Assembly: GCA_963697925.1 (NCBI GenBank)
Contig: OY969104.1
Coordinates: 945,633-1,009,632, forward strand
Source of the DNA: an uncultured Gaiellaceae bacterium
GTDB lineage: Bacteria > Actinomycetota > Thermoleophilia > Gaiellales > Gaiellaceae
Length of the DNA: 64,000 bases
Reading direction: 5' to 3'
Made by a program: the position numbers and the translations under genes
Notes under the pieces: generated by a model
The model's input: only the letters and a program-made list of their open reading frames with translations
Told to the model about the DNA's origin: nothing
Databases searched by the model: none
Shown here: positions 44,558 through 54,693 of the stretch, one piece after another
Numbering within the stretch: the first letter of the stretch is position 1
How the letters are laid out: each line of letters opens with the position of its first letter

Positions 44558-47500
44558 GCTCCGGCTCCGATGCGCTCTTGCAGCGACAGCGCGGTCTCGG
44601 CACGGGCGTTGGCAATCGCGTGCACGGCGGCGGCTGCCCCCGCGATCGTGGTGATGCACGGCACGCGGCCGGTGACGGCTGCCTCGCGGATGCGATAGCC
44701 GTCCGCCCGCGCGCCGGACCCCTGCGGCGTGTTGACGATCAGGTCGCAGCGCCCGTCGCGCACGAGATCGACGACCGTCTGCTCCGTCACGTCCGCGTCG
44801 GCGACCTTGGCCACCTCTTCCACCTCGAGGCCGGCGGCGCGCAGCGTCGCCGCCGTGCCCGAGGTCGCCACGAGCTCGAAGCCGAGGCGGGCGAGTGCGG
44901 CGGCGATCGGCGCGACGCTCGGCTTGTCAGCATCGTTGACCGAGATGAAGGCCGTGCCGCCGCTCGGCAGCGGCCTCCCGGCCGCACGCTCGGCCTTCGC
45001 GAGGGCGGTCGGCAGGTCGCTCGCGCTCGCCATCACCTCGCCCGTGGAGCGCATCTCCGGGCCGAGGATCGGGTCGGAGCCGGGGAAGCGGGCAAACGGC
45101 AGCACCGCCGCCTTGACGCTCACCTGAGCCGGCCGCGGCGCCGGCAGGTGCAGCTCGCGCAGGGTTGCACCCGCAGCGAGCTTGCACGCGGCCTCCACGA
45201 GGTTGATCCCGATCGCCTTGGAGGCGAACGGAACCGTGCGCGAGGCGCGCGGATTCGCCTCGAGCACGTAGACGGTGGAGTCGGCGATGGCGAGCTGGAG
45301 GTTCAGCAGCCCCACCACGCCGAGGGCGGGCCCGAGCCGCTTGACCACGTGCTCGACCTCGAGCGCATTCGCGAGCGTGAGCGACTGGGCGGGCAGGACG
45401 CACGTCGAGTCGCCGGAGTGGACGCCTGCCTCCTCGACGTGCTGCATGACGGCGGCGACGTACACCTCGTCGCCGTCGCAGAGCGCGTCGACGTCGATCT
45501 CGATCGCGTTCTCGACGAAGCGGTCGAGGAGCACGGAGCCCGACACCGCTGCCATCGCCTCGCGCAGCTGGGCGTCGTCGTAGCACACGCGCATGGCGCG
45601 TCCGCCGAGGACGTACGACGGGCGCACGAGCACCGGGTAGCCGATCCCGGCCGCAGCGGCAAGCGCTTCCTCCGGGCCTTCCACGATCGCCCACGGCGGA
45701 CAGCGCACTCCGAGCTCCGTGGCGAGCGCCCCGAAGCGCTGGCGGTCCTCCGCGAGGTCGATGGCGGCATGCGGCGTGCCCATGATCTTGTAGCCGGCGG
45801 CCTCGATCCAGCGCGCGAGCCGAAGCGGTGTCTGGCCGCCGAACTGGGTGACGACGCCCTCCGGCTGCTCCCGGTCTATCACCGCGAGCACCTCCTCGGG
45901 AGAGAGCGGCTCGAAGTAGAGCCGGTCGGAGGTGTCGTAGTCGGTCGAAACCGTCTCCGGGTTGCAGTTGATCATGACCGCCTCGTACCCGAGCGACCGG
46001 AAGGTCTGCACGGCGTGCACGCAGCAGTAGTCGAACTCGATCCCCTGGCCGATGCGGTTCGGGCCCGAGCCGATGATCACGACGCGCGGCTTGGTGATGG
46101 CGGGGAGGCCGGCATCGGCTTCACCCCAGGTCGAGTAGAGGTAGTTGGAGCCGGCCTCGACCTCGCCGGCGCAGGAGTCGACGCGCCGGTACGAGGGACG
46201 GATCCCCTTGGCGTAGCGGACGCGCCGCACCTCGTCGCCGCTCGTGCCCCAGGCGGCGCCGATGGAGTCGTCTCCCCACCCGGCGCGCTTGGCACGCCAG
46301 ATGTCCCGGGACGCGAGCTCGCGGCGCGCCTGGGCGAGCTGGGCCGTGAACCAGGGGTGCACGCCCTCCGGGATGTCGTCGAACGTCGCCCACGGCGTCG
46401 GCGCTCCGGGGTCGAGCTCCCTCGAGCCGAACGCCTTCAGGAAGGCCTCGGTGAAGGTGCGGCCGATGCCCATCGCCTCGCCCACCGACTTCATCTGGGT
46501 GCCGAGGGTCGTGTCCGCGCCCGGGAACTTCTCGAACGCGAAGCGCGGGAACTTGACGACGACGTAGTCGAGGGTCGGCTCGAAGCTGGCGGGCGTCGTC
46601 TTCGTCAGGTCATTGGGGATCTCGTCGAGGGTGTAGCCGACGGCGAGCTTTGCCGCGACCTTGGCGATCGGATAGCCGGTGGCCTTCGAGGCGAGCGCCG
46701 ACGAGCGGGAGACGCGCGGGTTCATCTCGATCACGCGCACCTCACCCGTGTCGCGGTTGCGGGCGAACTGGATGTTCGACCCTCCCGTCTCGACGCCGAC
46801 AGCCCGGATGATCGCGGCGGACGCGTCGCGGAGCTCCTGGTAGGCCTCGTCGGAGAGAGTCATCTGCGGAGCCACGGTGACGGAGTCCCCCGTGTGCACG
46901 CCCATCGGATCGAGGTTCTCGATCGAGCAGACGATGATCACGTTGTCCTTGCGGTCGCGGATCACCTCGAGCTCGAACTCGTCCCAGCCCCTGATCGACT
47001 CCTCCACGAGCACCTGTCCGATCGGGCTCTCGCGCAGCCCCCGCTCGACCTGCTGGCGGAGCTGCTCCGGGGTGTCCGCAAAGCCTCCCCCGTGGCCGCC
47101 GAGCGTGAACGCCGGGCGCACGACCGCCGGGACGCCCATGCCCTCGATCTCGGCGAGCGACGTGACGATCCGGGAGGCCGGCGTCGCGAGGCCGCAGCCC
47201 TGCACGGCGGCCCGGAAGAGCTGGCGATCCTCGGCGCGGCGGATCACGTCGACCTCGGCGCCGAGCAGCTCGACACCGAGCTCCGCCAGCACGCCCGCAT
47301 CGGACAGCTCGATCGCGAGATTGAGCGCTGTCTGCCCGCCCAGTGTCGGCAGGAGCGCGTCGGGCCGTTCGCGCCGCAGCACGTCCGCCACGCCCTCGAG
47401 GTCGAGCGGCTCGATGTACGTGCGGTCGGCGAATCCGGGGTCGGTCATGATCGTGGCGGGATTCGAGTTGACCACGATCGTCCGGTAGCCGTCCTCTCGC

Positions 47501-47610
47501 AGCACCTTCAGCGCCTGGCAGCCGGAGTAGTCGAACTCGCAGGCCTGGCCGATCACGATCGGCCCCGAGCCGATCACGCAGACGGAGTGGATGTCGCGGC
47601 GGGCCGGCAT
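44554..47610 (-). CDS. carB: carbamoyl-phosphate synthase large subunit
   Basis: [55 protein letters not shown]..., with duplicated ATP-grasp halves. TGATG overlap with the carA stop. Confidence 0.95.
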   Translation of the reverse strand: MPARRDIHSVCVIGSGPIVIGQACEFDYSGCQALKVLREDGYRTIVVNSNPATIMTDPGFADRTYIEPLDLEGVADVLRRERPDALLPTLGGQTALNLAIELSDAGVLAELGVELLGAEVDVIRRAEDRQLFRAAVQGCGLATPASRIVTSLAEIEGMGVPAVVRPAFTLGGHGGGFADTPEQLRQQVERGLRESPIGQVLVEESIRGWDEFELEVIRDRKDNVIIVCSIENLDPMGVHTGDSVTVAPQMTLSDEAYQELRDASAAIIRAVGVETGGSNIQFARNRDTGEVRVIEMNPRVSRSSALASKATGYPIAKVAAKLAVGYTLDEIPNDLTKTTPASFEPTLDYVVVKFPRFAFEKFPGADTTLGTQMKSVGEAMGIGRTFTEAFLKAFGSRELDPGAPTPWATFDDIPEGVHPWFTAQLAQARRELASRDIWRAKRAGWGDDSIGAAWGTSGDEVRRVRYAKGIRPSYRRVDSCAGEVEAGSNYLYSTWGEADAGLPAITKPRVVIIGSGPNRIGQGIEFDYCCVHAVQTFRSLGYEAVMINCNPETVSTDYDTSDRLYFEPLSPEEVLAVIDREQPEGVVTQFGGQTPLRLARWIEAAGYKIMGTPHAAIDLAEDRQRFGALATELGVRCPPWAIVEGPEEALAAAAGIGYPVLVRPSYVLGGRAMRVCYDDAQLREAMAAVSGSVLLDRFVENAIEIDVDALCDGDEVYVAAVMQHVEEAGVHSGDSTCVLPAQSLTLANALEVEHVVKRLGPALGVVGLLNLQLAIADSTVYVLEANPRASRTVPFASKAIGINLVEAACKLAAGATLRELHLPAPRPAQVSVKAAVLPFARFPGSDPILGPEMRSTGEVMASASDLPTALAKAERAAGRPLPSGGTAFISVNDADKPSVAPIAAALARLGFELVATSGTAATLRAAGLEVEEVAKVADADVTEQTVVDLVRDGRCDLIVNTPQGSGARADGYRIREAAVTGRVPCITTIAGAAAAVHAIANARAETALSLQERIGAGA

Positions 47611-48656
47611 CAGGCGGCGGCCTCGACGAGCCCGGCGACCCAGCGCTCGAGGATCGGCCAGGCGTCGTGCGTGCCGGGCCCCGCCTCCGGGTGGAACTGG
47701 ACGGAGCGTGCGTTCAGCTCGGGAAAGTCGAACCCTTCCACGGTGCCGTCGTACAGGGAGACGTAGGTTGCCTCCTGCTCGTCCGTGGCGCGGACGGCAA
47801 AGCCGTGGTTCTGGCTCGTCACGAGCACGCGTCCGGTCGCGCGCTCGAGCACCGGGTGGTTTGCGCCGCGATGGCCGAAGGGCAGCTTGTACGTCGCATG
47901 GCCGGTAGCGAGGCCGAGGAGCTGGTGCCCCAGGCAGATGCCCAGCACGCTCGTCCGGCCGAGCAGCTCCCGGATCGCCTCCACCTCGGTTGCGAGCGGC
48001 TCGGGATCGCCCGGGCCGTTCGAGAGCAGCACCCCGTCGAAGGCGGCGAGCTCGTCCGGTTCGGCCGTGTGCGGGAAGACGGTGACAGCGGCGCCCGCCA
48101 GGCGCAGGCGCCGCATGATCGACGTCTTGGCGCCGTAGTCGACGACCGCAACCCGCGCGTGACCGTCCTCGTTGAACACGGTCCTCTCCACGCACGAGAC
48201 GGCCGAGACCAGCGCCTGCCCTTCCATCGACGGCTGGGCGAGCACCTGCTCGAGCGCCTCGCCGACGGGCAACGACGACTCGTCCGCCACCGCCGCTGCG
48301 CGCATCGCCCCGGAGTCGCGCAGTCGCAGGACGAGCGCCCGGGTGTCCACGCCGTCGAGCGCGACGATGCCGTGCAGGGCGAGCCACGCTGCCCATTCCT
48401 CCCCGCCGCAGTGGCGCATCAGCGCCGCATTCGCCCACGGGCGGCCCGACTCGAGCCGCTCGTCGGCGACGCCGTAGTTCCCCACCATGGGAGCCGTGAA
48501 GCACACGAGCTGGCCCGCGTAGCTCGGGTCCGTGACGGTTTCCTGGTACCCGGTCATCGCGGTCGTGAAGACCGCCTCGCCGAAGGCCGCACCGGGCGCG
48601 GCGATCGAGCGGCCCGGGAAGACGGTCCCGTCCTCGAGCACGAGGTAGCCGCTCAC
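47610..48656 (-). CDS. carA: carbamoyl-phosphate synthase small (glutaminase) subunit
   Basis: [13 protein letters not shown]...[17 protein letters not shown]....P..GNYG...GICLGHQLL...[12 protein letters not shown] overlap with the pyrC stop. Confidence 0.93.
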   Translation of the reverse strand: MSGYLVLEDGTVFPGRSIAAPGAAFGEAVFTTAMTGYQETVTDPSYAGQLVCFTAPMVGNYGVADERLESGRPWANAALMRHCGGEEWAAWLALHGIVALDGVDTRALVLRLRDSGAMRAAAVADESSLPVGEALEQVLAQPSMEGQALVSAVSCVERTVFNEDGHARVAVVDYGAKTSIMRRLRLAGAAVTVFPHTAEPDELAAFDGVLLSNGPGDPEPLATEVEAIRELLGRTSVLGICLGHQLLGLATGHATYKLPFGHRGANHPVLERATGRVLVTSQNHGFAVRATDEQEATYVSLYDGTVEGFDFPELNARSVQFHPEAGPGTHDAWPILERWVAGLVEAAA

Positions 48657-49936
48657 AGCGCGTGCACGACCCTGCCGTCGGCGACCGTCTTGACGACCGC
48701 GCCCCTGAGAGCCTGACCGAGCAGCCACGAGTTGGCCGAGCTCGACCGGAAGCCCTCCTCGGTCACGCGCCATTCCGCCTCCAGGTCGAGCAGCACGACG
48801 TTCGCCGGCTCCCCTTCCCGGATCCGGGGCACCGGCAGGCCGAATGCCCGCGCCGGCCCTGCAGACATGCGCTCGAGCAGCGTCTCCAGCGCGAGGGCGC
48901 CGGGCTCGACCAGGTACGTGTAGAGCGCGGCGAACGAGGTCTCGAGGCCGGTGACGCCGAACGGGGCCTCCTCGAAGGTGGCGTCCTTCTCGTGGCGCGC
49001 ATGCGGCGCGTGGTCGGTGGCGACGCAGCAGATCGTGCCGTCGCGCAGGCCCTCGAGCAGCGCCAGCCGGTCCTCCTCCGCGCGTACGGGCGGATTCATC
49101 TTCATGTTGGTGTCCAGGGTGCGCACGGATTCGTCGGTCAGGCAGAGGTGGTGTGGCGAAACCTCGGCGGTGACGGCCACGCCGCGTGCCCTCGCAGCCC
49201 TGACCGCGTCGACCGAGGCCGACGCCGAGAGGTGCATTATATGCATAGGCCGCTGCTCATATGCACAGAGACCGAGATCGCGCTCGATCATGGTGGACTC
49301 GGCCACGGACGGCCAGCCTGCGAGGCCCAGCTCGGCCGAGACGGGCCCCTCGTGCATCTGCCCGTCACGGGAGAGGCTCGGATCCTCTTCGTGGAGGGCG
49401 AGCTTGCGGCCGGCAACGGCCGAGTACTGCAGAGCCCGCCGCATCAGGCCGGCCGACACGACCGGCCGGCCGTCGTCCGTGAACGCCACCGCGCCGAGCG
49501 CGGCCAGCTCCGCCATCTCCGTCAGCTCCTCGCCCTCGAGGCCCTTGGAGATCGATGCCATGAACCCGGTCGGCACGACGGCGTCTGCACGGGCAAGCTC
49601 GACGAGTGCCCCGAGCACGGCGGCCGAGTCCACCACCGGGTGGGTGTTGGGCATGGCCACGATCGCGCAGTAGCCGCCCGCCGCGGCCGCGGCGGTGCCG
49701 GTCGCGACCGTCTCCTCGTCCTCCCTGCCCGGTGTGCGGAGGTGCACGTGCGGATCGACGAACGCCGGCGCCAGCACGAGCCCGCGAGCAGCGTCCACGG
49801 CGGGCTCGAGCCCCGTCACGATGCCGTCGCGAATCGTCACGTCCAACGCCTGGTCGAGGCCCTCGGCCGGGTCGATCACGCGTGCCCCCCGGATCGTGAG
49901 CGTGTCCCGCGGCTCGTCGCGGCAGAACAGCATCAC
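48653..49936 (-). CDS. pyrC: dihydroorotase
   Basis: [10 protein letters not shown]....D..I.DG.I.....[17 protein letters not shown]...G..AAA.GG...MPNT.P...DHAPH. ATGA overlap with the pyrB stop. Confidence 0.93.
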   Translation of the reverse strand: MMLFCRDEPRDTLTIRGARVIDPAEGLDQALDVTIRDGIVTGLEPAVDAARGLVLAPAFVDPHVHLRTPGREDEETVATGTAAAAAGGYCAIVAMPNTHPVVDSAAVLGALVELARADAVVPTGFMASISKGLEGEELTEMAELAALGAVAFTDDGRPVVSAGLMRRALQYSAVAGRKLALHEEDPSLSRDGQMHEGPVSAELGLAGWPSVAESTMIERDLGLCAYEQRPMHIMHLSASASVDAVRAARARGVAVTAEVSPHHLCLTDESVRTLDTNMKMNPPVRAEEDRLALLEGLRDGTICCVATDHAPHARHEKDATFEEAPFGVTGLETSFAALYTYLVEPGALALETLLERMSAGPARAFGLPVPRIREGEPANVVLLDLEAEWRVTEEGFRSSSANSWLLGQALRGAVVKTVADGRVVHAL

Positions 49937-50919
49937 GCCACCTCCAGCGTCAGCGGCACTTCGACGGGGCCGCTCGTGAGCAGGTCGTAGAGCACGGCCA
50001 TGCGCACGACGAGACCCGAGCGGACCTGGGTCGTGATCAACGCGGCGTCGGAGTCGGCGACGCGGGGATCGATCTCGACGCCACGGTTCATCGGCCCCGG
50101 GTGCATGACGACCTGGCCCGCCCGCACGCGGTCCGGTGTGATGCCCCAGAGCGCCGTGTACTCACGCAGCGACGGCACGTAGGCAGCGCCGGCGAGCATC
50201 CGCTCCTGCTGCATCCGTAGCACGTAGATCACGTCCGCCGCCGCGACCGCGCCGACGTCGGCGGTCGTCTCGCAGCCCATCGCCTCGATACCGCGCGGGA
50301 TCAGGGTCGGGGGGCCGACGAGCGTCGTCCGGGCGCCGACGAGCGCCAGCGCCTCGATCAGCGAGCGGGCCACGCGCGAGTGCAGGACGTCGCCGACGAT
50401 CGCCACGTGCAGGCCGTCGAGACGACCGAGTGCCTCCTGGATCGTGTACAGGTCGAGCAGTGCCTGGGTCGGGTGCTGATGCTTCCCGTCACCTGCGTTG
50501 ACGACGTGAGCGCCGGTGACCGAGGCCACGAGCTGCGGGGAGCCGATATGAGGATGGCGGATCACGATCACGTCGGGGTCGTAGGCCGCGAGCGTCACCG
50601 CCGTGTCCTTGAGCGACTCGCCCTTGTCCACCGAGGAGCCCGACGAGCGCACGGACATGGTGTCCGCAGAGAGCCGCTTGGCGGCCAGGTCGAAGCTCGA
50701 CAGCGTCCGGGTGGAGGACTCGTAGAAGAGGTTCACCACGAGTCGGCCCCGCAGGGCCGGGAGCTTCTTCACCTCACGCTCGAGCGAGCGGGAGAGCGTC
50801 GAGGCGGTGGCGAGGATGCGCGCGACATCGGCGCGGCCGAGATCGGACACGCCGAGCAGGTGGCGGCGGAGCGGGCGCGGTGGAGCCTCCTGCTCGCCGG
50901 CGAGGCGGATCCCGGTCAT
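49933..50919 (-). CDS. pyrB: aspartate carbamoyltransferase catalytic subunit
   Basis: FYESSTRTLSSFDLAAKRLSAD...HPTQALLD...HPGPMNRGVEI. ATGA overlap with the pyrR stop. Confidence 0.94.
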   Translation of the reverse strand: MTGIRLAGEQEAPPRPLRRHLLGVSDLGRADVARILATASTLSRSLEREVKKLPALRGRLVVNLFYESSTRTLSSFDLAAKRLSADTMSVRSSGSSVDKGESLKDTAVTLAAYDPDVIVIRHPHIGSPQLVASVTGAHVVNAGDGKHQHPTQALLDLYTIQEALGRLDGLHVAIVGDVLHSRVARSLIEALALVGARTTLVGPPTLIPRGIEAMGCETTADVGAVAAADVIYVLRMQQERMLAGAAYVPSLREYTALWGITPDRVRAGQVVMHPGPMNRGVEIDPRVADSDAALITTQVRSGLVVRMAVLYDLLTSGPVEVPLTLEVA

Positions 50920-51503
50920 GCCGCCTCTCCGTCCGAGACGAGCAGCACCCTGTCGTCGTCGTCGATCTCCCGCAGCTCGACGTGCACGCGCTCCGTGAGC
51001 GACGTCGGCAGGTTCTTGCCCACGTAGTCGGGCCGGATGGGCAGCTCGCGGTGCCCGCGGTCGACGAGCACCGCGAGCTGCACCCGGGCCGGGCGGCCGT
51101 ACTCGAGCAACGCGTCGATGGCGGCGCGGATCGTGCGGCCGGTGAAGAGCACGTCGTCGACGAGAACGACCGTCCGGCCCTCGAGGGGGAAATCGAGCGT
51201 CGTGCCGCGTACGACGGGCTGGGCGTGCAGCGGGGCGCCTCCCGAGCGGACGAGCACGTCGTCGCGGTGGAATGTGATGTCGACCGCCCCGAGGTCGACC
51301 TCGACCCCCGAGCGCTCGGCGACAAGGCGTTGGAGCCGCTCGGCGAGCGGCACACCGCGCCGGTGGATGCCCACGAGCGCGAGTGCCTCGAGGTCGGCGT
51401 TGCGCTCGATCAGCTCGTGAGCGATGCGAGAGAGCGTGCGGGAGAGGGCGTCGGCGTCGAGCATGAGCTTCGCCGCCGGCCGGCTCGGGAGTTCTGTCGT
51501 CAT
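50916..51503 (-). CDS. pyrR: bifunctional pyr operon regulator / uracil phosphoribosyltransferase
   Basis: L.RIAHELIERN......LVGI.RRGVPLAERL...VVLVDDVLFTGRTIRAAIDAL...GRP..VQLAVLVDRGHRELPIRPDYVGKN. Confidence 0.93.
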   Translation of the reverse strand: MTTELPSRPAAKLMLDADALSRTLSRIAHELIERNADLEALALVGIHRRGVPLAERLQRLVAERSGVEVDLGAVDITFHRDDVLVRSGGAPLHAQPVVRGTTLDFPLEGRTVVLVDDVLFTGRTIRAAIDALLEYGRPARVQLAVLVDRGHRELPIRPDYVGKNLPTSLTERVHVELREIDDDDRVLLVSDGEAA

Positions 51504-51513
51504 CGTGCTCCTT

Positions 51514-51533
51514 CCCGGCCTCGCTGGACCGGC
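51514..51533 (-). promoter_or_regulatory. putative PyrR-binding stem-loop in the pyrR leader, abutting the SD
   Basis: The minus-strand RNA reads GCCGG-UCCAGCGAGG-CCGGG followed by GAAGGAGCACG-AUG. The loop UCCAGCGAGG differs at one position from the PyrR box core UCCAGAGAGG, and the 3' arm shares its terminal GG with the SD (GGAAGGAG, 51515-51508). Confidence 0.55.
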
Positions 51534-51646
51534 TTAAAGGTTTCTCCGAGTGTAGACGAGCGACCGGCCGGCTCCCCGGAGAGGCCGAACACAATCGTTG
51601 CCAACTCCACATTGTTCCCGCATGGCCCGAGTGGAACCATGCAGTC

Positions 51647-53674
51647 GTGTCGCGCGCCACCCGACACGCCGGTGTCGCAGTGGCCACCGTGGTGGTCGTA
51701 TCGGCTCTCGCGCGGTTCCTCGCGTCACTCTCTCTTCATGCGCCGTGGGTGGCGCCGGACGAGATGGCGTACGGGCTGCTCGGCCAGTCACTCTGGCAGA
51801 CCGGCGAGCTGACGATCCGGGGCACGGCGGTCGGCTACTACAGCCTCATCTATCCGGCGCTCGTCGGCGCGCCGCTCTCCCTCGGCAGCACCGCGACGGG
51901 CATCGTGGCCCTCCAGGCCGTGCAGGCTCTCCTGATGTCCGCCGTGGCGGTGCCGGTGTTCCTCTGGGGCCGGAGCCTGGCGGGGGCCGGCTGGGGCCTC
52001 GTCGCAGCAGCTCTGTCGGTGCTGCCGCCTGCGCTCGCGTACTCCGGCCTGATCATGAGCGAGGCGCTGTACTACCCCTTCGTCGCCGTCGCGCTCCTGA
52101 GCCTGGCACAAGCGGTGCAGCACCCGTCGCTCTTCCGCCTCGGCGTGCTGGCGACCGCGGTCTCCGTCGCCGCCGCCGTTCGACTGCAGGCGCTCGTGCT
52201 GGTGCCGACCTTCCTGACGGCGGTCGTGATCGACGCCGTGCTCGCCCGCGACCGCCGGAAGCTCCGCCGCGAGACGGTGTCGATCGCAGCCGCCGTGTCA
52301 ATCGCCATGATCGTCCTCGGCGCCGTGCTCGCAGCGGGGCAGGACCTCGCCTGGAACTCATTGCTCGGCGGCTACCAGACCGTGGCCGGCGAGACCCCGG
52401 GCATCGACGACCTCGCAAGAGCGCTCGTGCGGAGCGCAGGCGGCATCGTGCTCGCCTCACTCGTGATCCCCTTCCTCGCGACCGCCGTCCTGGCCGTGCT
52501 CGCGATGTCCAGGGGCGAGAGCGACCCCGCCCTGCGGGCGTTCCTGGCGACCACCATTGCCTACGTCTGCTGGCTCGTGCTCCAGGTCGCGGTCTTCGCC
52601 TCCTCGTTCGTCGCCTACGTGCCGGAGCGGTACCTCATCACCGCCCTGCCGCTGCTCTTCCTCGGGCTGTGCGCGTGGGCGGCGCGGCGCGCGCCGCGAC
52701 CTGCTGCCGTGCTCGTCCCGGTCGCGGCGGTCTCGGGCGCGCTGGTCGTTGCTCTCTCGCCGGCGCAGCTCTTCGCCGACCAGGGTGCGCACGATCTCCT
52801 CACCCTGCTCGTGTTTCGCGACCTCGCCACGGACGCCCCTGCCGCTGCTGTGCGAGCAATCATGGCCGGTTCGCTCCTTGTCGCGGTGACGGCGTTCGCG
52901 CTCCCCGCGCGCAGCCGCGCAGCGCTGCTCACGGTCGGCGTCGCGGCAGGCCTGGCCGTGCTGTCGGTCGGGTCGACCCGAGAGATCTCCGACCTCTCGC
53001 GAGCCGAGGAGACGAAGGCCTTCGGGACCGCCGATCGCGATTGGATCGACAAGGCAGCGGGCGGGGAGCCGGTCATGCTGCTGAACAGCGGCGACCGGGA
53101 GTGGACGATCGCGCCGCGCACCGCGTTCTGGAATCGCAGCGTGACCGCGATCGTGCGGTTCCCCACAGCCCAGGGGTCGGGCGCGATCCCCCAGGGGATC
53201 GTCGAGCCGGGAGCCGACGGCCTCCTCCGCACTCCCGGTGGAGCGCCACTCCGCGTGCCGCTCCTGGCGGCGCCGACGTCGGTTGTCCCGGTGGGCGAGA
53301 AGGTGGCGGAGATCCCGCCGACTCCCGTCGCCGCCGGCCTCGCCCTGTGGCGGATTGCCGAGCCGGCAACGCTCTCGAGCATCGCGGTTGGTCTCGGGGC
53401 CAACGGCGACTTCGCCGCCCCCGTGCACGTGATCGTCTACGCCTGCCGGCCCGGTCGCCTGGAGCTGACCCTGCTCGGGAAGTCCGGCGGGGAAATCGCA
53501 ATCAGGGCGAACGGGATCCCGCGGGAGGCCGTCGCGCCGGTGCCGGGAGGGCTGGCACAGGTCGCGATCACCGCTCCACCGAACGTGGACGGAAGCACCT
53601 CGTGCGTCTTCGAGCTCTCCCCGTCAGGGCTGGCGGGCTCCACGCGGATCGCGTTCGTCCGTGACGCCGCCTGA
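51647..53674 (+). CDS. polytopic membrane protein, GT-C-fold glycosyltransferase-like (PMT/ArnT family resemblance)
   Basis: It has about 12 TM helices in the N-terminal 440 aa, an early-loop APDEMAY (a DE motif typical of GT-C enzymes), and a soluble beta-rich C-terminal domain. GTG start. Confidence 0.55.
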   Translation: MSRATRHAGVAVATVVVVSALARFLASLSLHAPWVAPDEMAYGLLGQSLWQTGELTIRGTAVGYYSLIYPALVGAPLSLGSTATGIVALQAVQALLMSAVAVPVFLWGRSLAGAGWGLVAAALSVLPPALAYSGLIMSEALYYPFVAVALLSLAQAVQHPSLFRLGVLATAVSVAAAVRLQALVLVPTFLTAVVIDAVLARDRRKLRRETVSIAAAVSIAMIVLGAVLAAGQDLAWNSLLGGYQTVAGETPGIDDLARALVRSAGGIVLASLVIPFLATAVLAVLAMSRGESDPALRAFLATTIAYVCWLVLQVAVFASSFVAYVPERYLITALPLLFLGLCAWAARRAPRPAAVLVPVAAVSGALVVALSPAQLFADQGAHDLLTLLVFRDLATDAPAAAVRAIMAGSLLVAVTAFALPARSRAALLTVGVAAGLAVLSVGSTREISDLSRAEETKAFGTADRDWIDKAAGGEPVMLLNSGDREWTIAPRTAFWNRSVTAIVRFPTAQGSGAIPQGIVEPGADGLLRTPGGAPLRVPLLAAPTSVVPVGEKVAEIPPTPVAAGLALWRIAEPATLSSIAVGLGANGDFAAPVHVIVYACRPGRLELTLLGKSGGEIAIRANGIPREAVAPVPGGLAQVAITAPPNVDGSTSCVFELSPSGLAGSTRIAFVRDAA

Positions 53675-53700
53675 GCCCGGCGCCCCCGCGACCTCCGGCG

Positions 53701-54441
53701 CTACCTCGCCGCCGTCACGACGAGCTGCTCGAGTCGGACCTCGACCCGCTCCGGCAGCTCCCTCTCGGCACGCGCGGTCCCCTCCTCCAGCTCCTCCGGC
53801 GGGAGCAGGTCGAAGGTGGAGATGTGGCGTCCGCGGACCCGTGCGAGAGCCGTCTCGCGGTCGATCACCTCGAGCGCGCTCACCGGAGTCGACGTCACGT
53901 CGCCAAAGCCGGCAGCCTGCAGCTCGCCCAGCAGCGCCTCGCCGGCCGGAAACCGCTTCCGGTCGAGCTCGGTGATCGACGGGAACCACGGCCTCAGCCA
54001 GTACGCCTCGAAGTGCTCGGAGGCGAAGGTGGCGATCGCCAGCCGGCCGTCCGTCGCGAGCACGCGTCGCACCTCCGAGAAGGCGAGGGGCCGGTCGACG
54101 AGGTGGACGACGAGGCTCATCGTGACGCGCTCGAACCACCCGTCCCGGAACGGGAGCGCCTCGGCGCGCCCCTGCTTCAGCCCCACGCCGGGCGGCAGGA
54201 CGTCCCGAGCGACGGCGAGCATCTCGGCGCTCGCATCGACCCCCCAGGCCCTCACGTGGGCCCTCTCGACGAGCGCGGCGAGCAGCCGGCCGGTGCCACA
54301 ACCGACGTCGAGCACCGTGCGGCCGCGCAGGTCGCCCACGTCGACGAGGACGCCGAACAGGTGCCACCACGCCTCACCCGGTGGCCGGAGCGCGTCGTAC
54401 GTCGCTGCCCGGGCGTCGAAGTCCGGGATTCGTGCGGTCAT
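53701..54441 (-). CDS. class I SAM-dependent methyltransferase
   Basis: Motif I is VLDVGCGTGRL, followed by post-I/II patterns (GVDAS..ML, PF.DG.FERV). Confidence 0.85.
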   Translation of the reverse strand: MTARIPDFDARAATYDALRPPGEAWWHLFGVLVDVGDLRGRTVLDVGCGTGRLLAALVERAHVRAWGVDASAEMLAVARDVLPPGVGLKQGRAEALPFRDGWFERVTMSLVVHLVDRPLAFSEVRRVLATDGRLAIATFASEHFEAYWLRPWFPSITELDRKRFPAGEALLGELQAAGFGDVTSTPVSALEVIDRETALARVRGRHISTFDLLPPEELEEGTARAERELPERVEVRLEQLVVTAAR

Positions 54442-54450
54442 GCGAGCTCG

Positions 54451-54693
54451 CTAGGGCTGGTCGTCCGGCTCGATCAGGTCGTCCGGCTCGGTGAGCGCTT
54501 CGATCGCGTCACGCGCCGCCTGCACGTCACCGTCCGGGACGAGCACCCGCAGAGGCGGGTCGTCGGGGACCGCGTCGTCGTGGACGACCGCAGGCTCGAG
54601 CTCCGACTGGATGCCGGCCGTGAGAAGGATGCTCTGCATCTCCTCCGCCTCGGCTACGCCTCCGGCCACGGCGATCTGGACGAGTTGCGTCAT
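54451..54693 (-). CDS. small acidic protein, DUF2007-like (putative signal-transducing fold)
   Basis: 80 aa. LVQIAV.....EAEEMQSIL..AGI......LRVLVP..D...ARDAI resembles the DUF2007 pattern. ATGA overlap with the rnz stop. Confidence 0.45.
   Translation of the reverse strand: MTQLVQIAVAGGVAEAEEMQSILLTAGIQSELEPAVVHDDAVPDDPPLRVLVPDGDVQAARDAIEALTEPDDLIEPDDQP

Noticed and set aside
51571-51586. CCCCGGAGAGGCC on the plus strand looks like a PyrR box.
   Set aside because: It is on the wrong strand for the pyrR leader, and it lies upstream of an unrelated membrane-protein gene. Its complement is more plausibly an anti-box segment within the minus-strand leader (see the PyrR finding).
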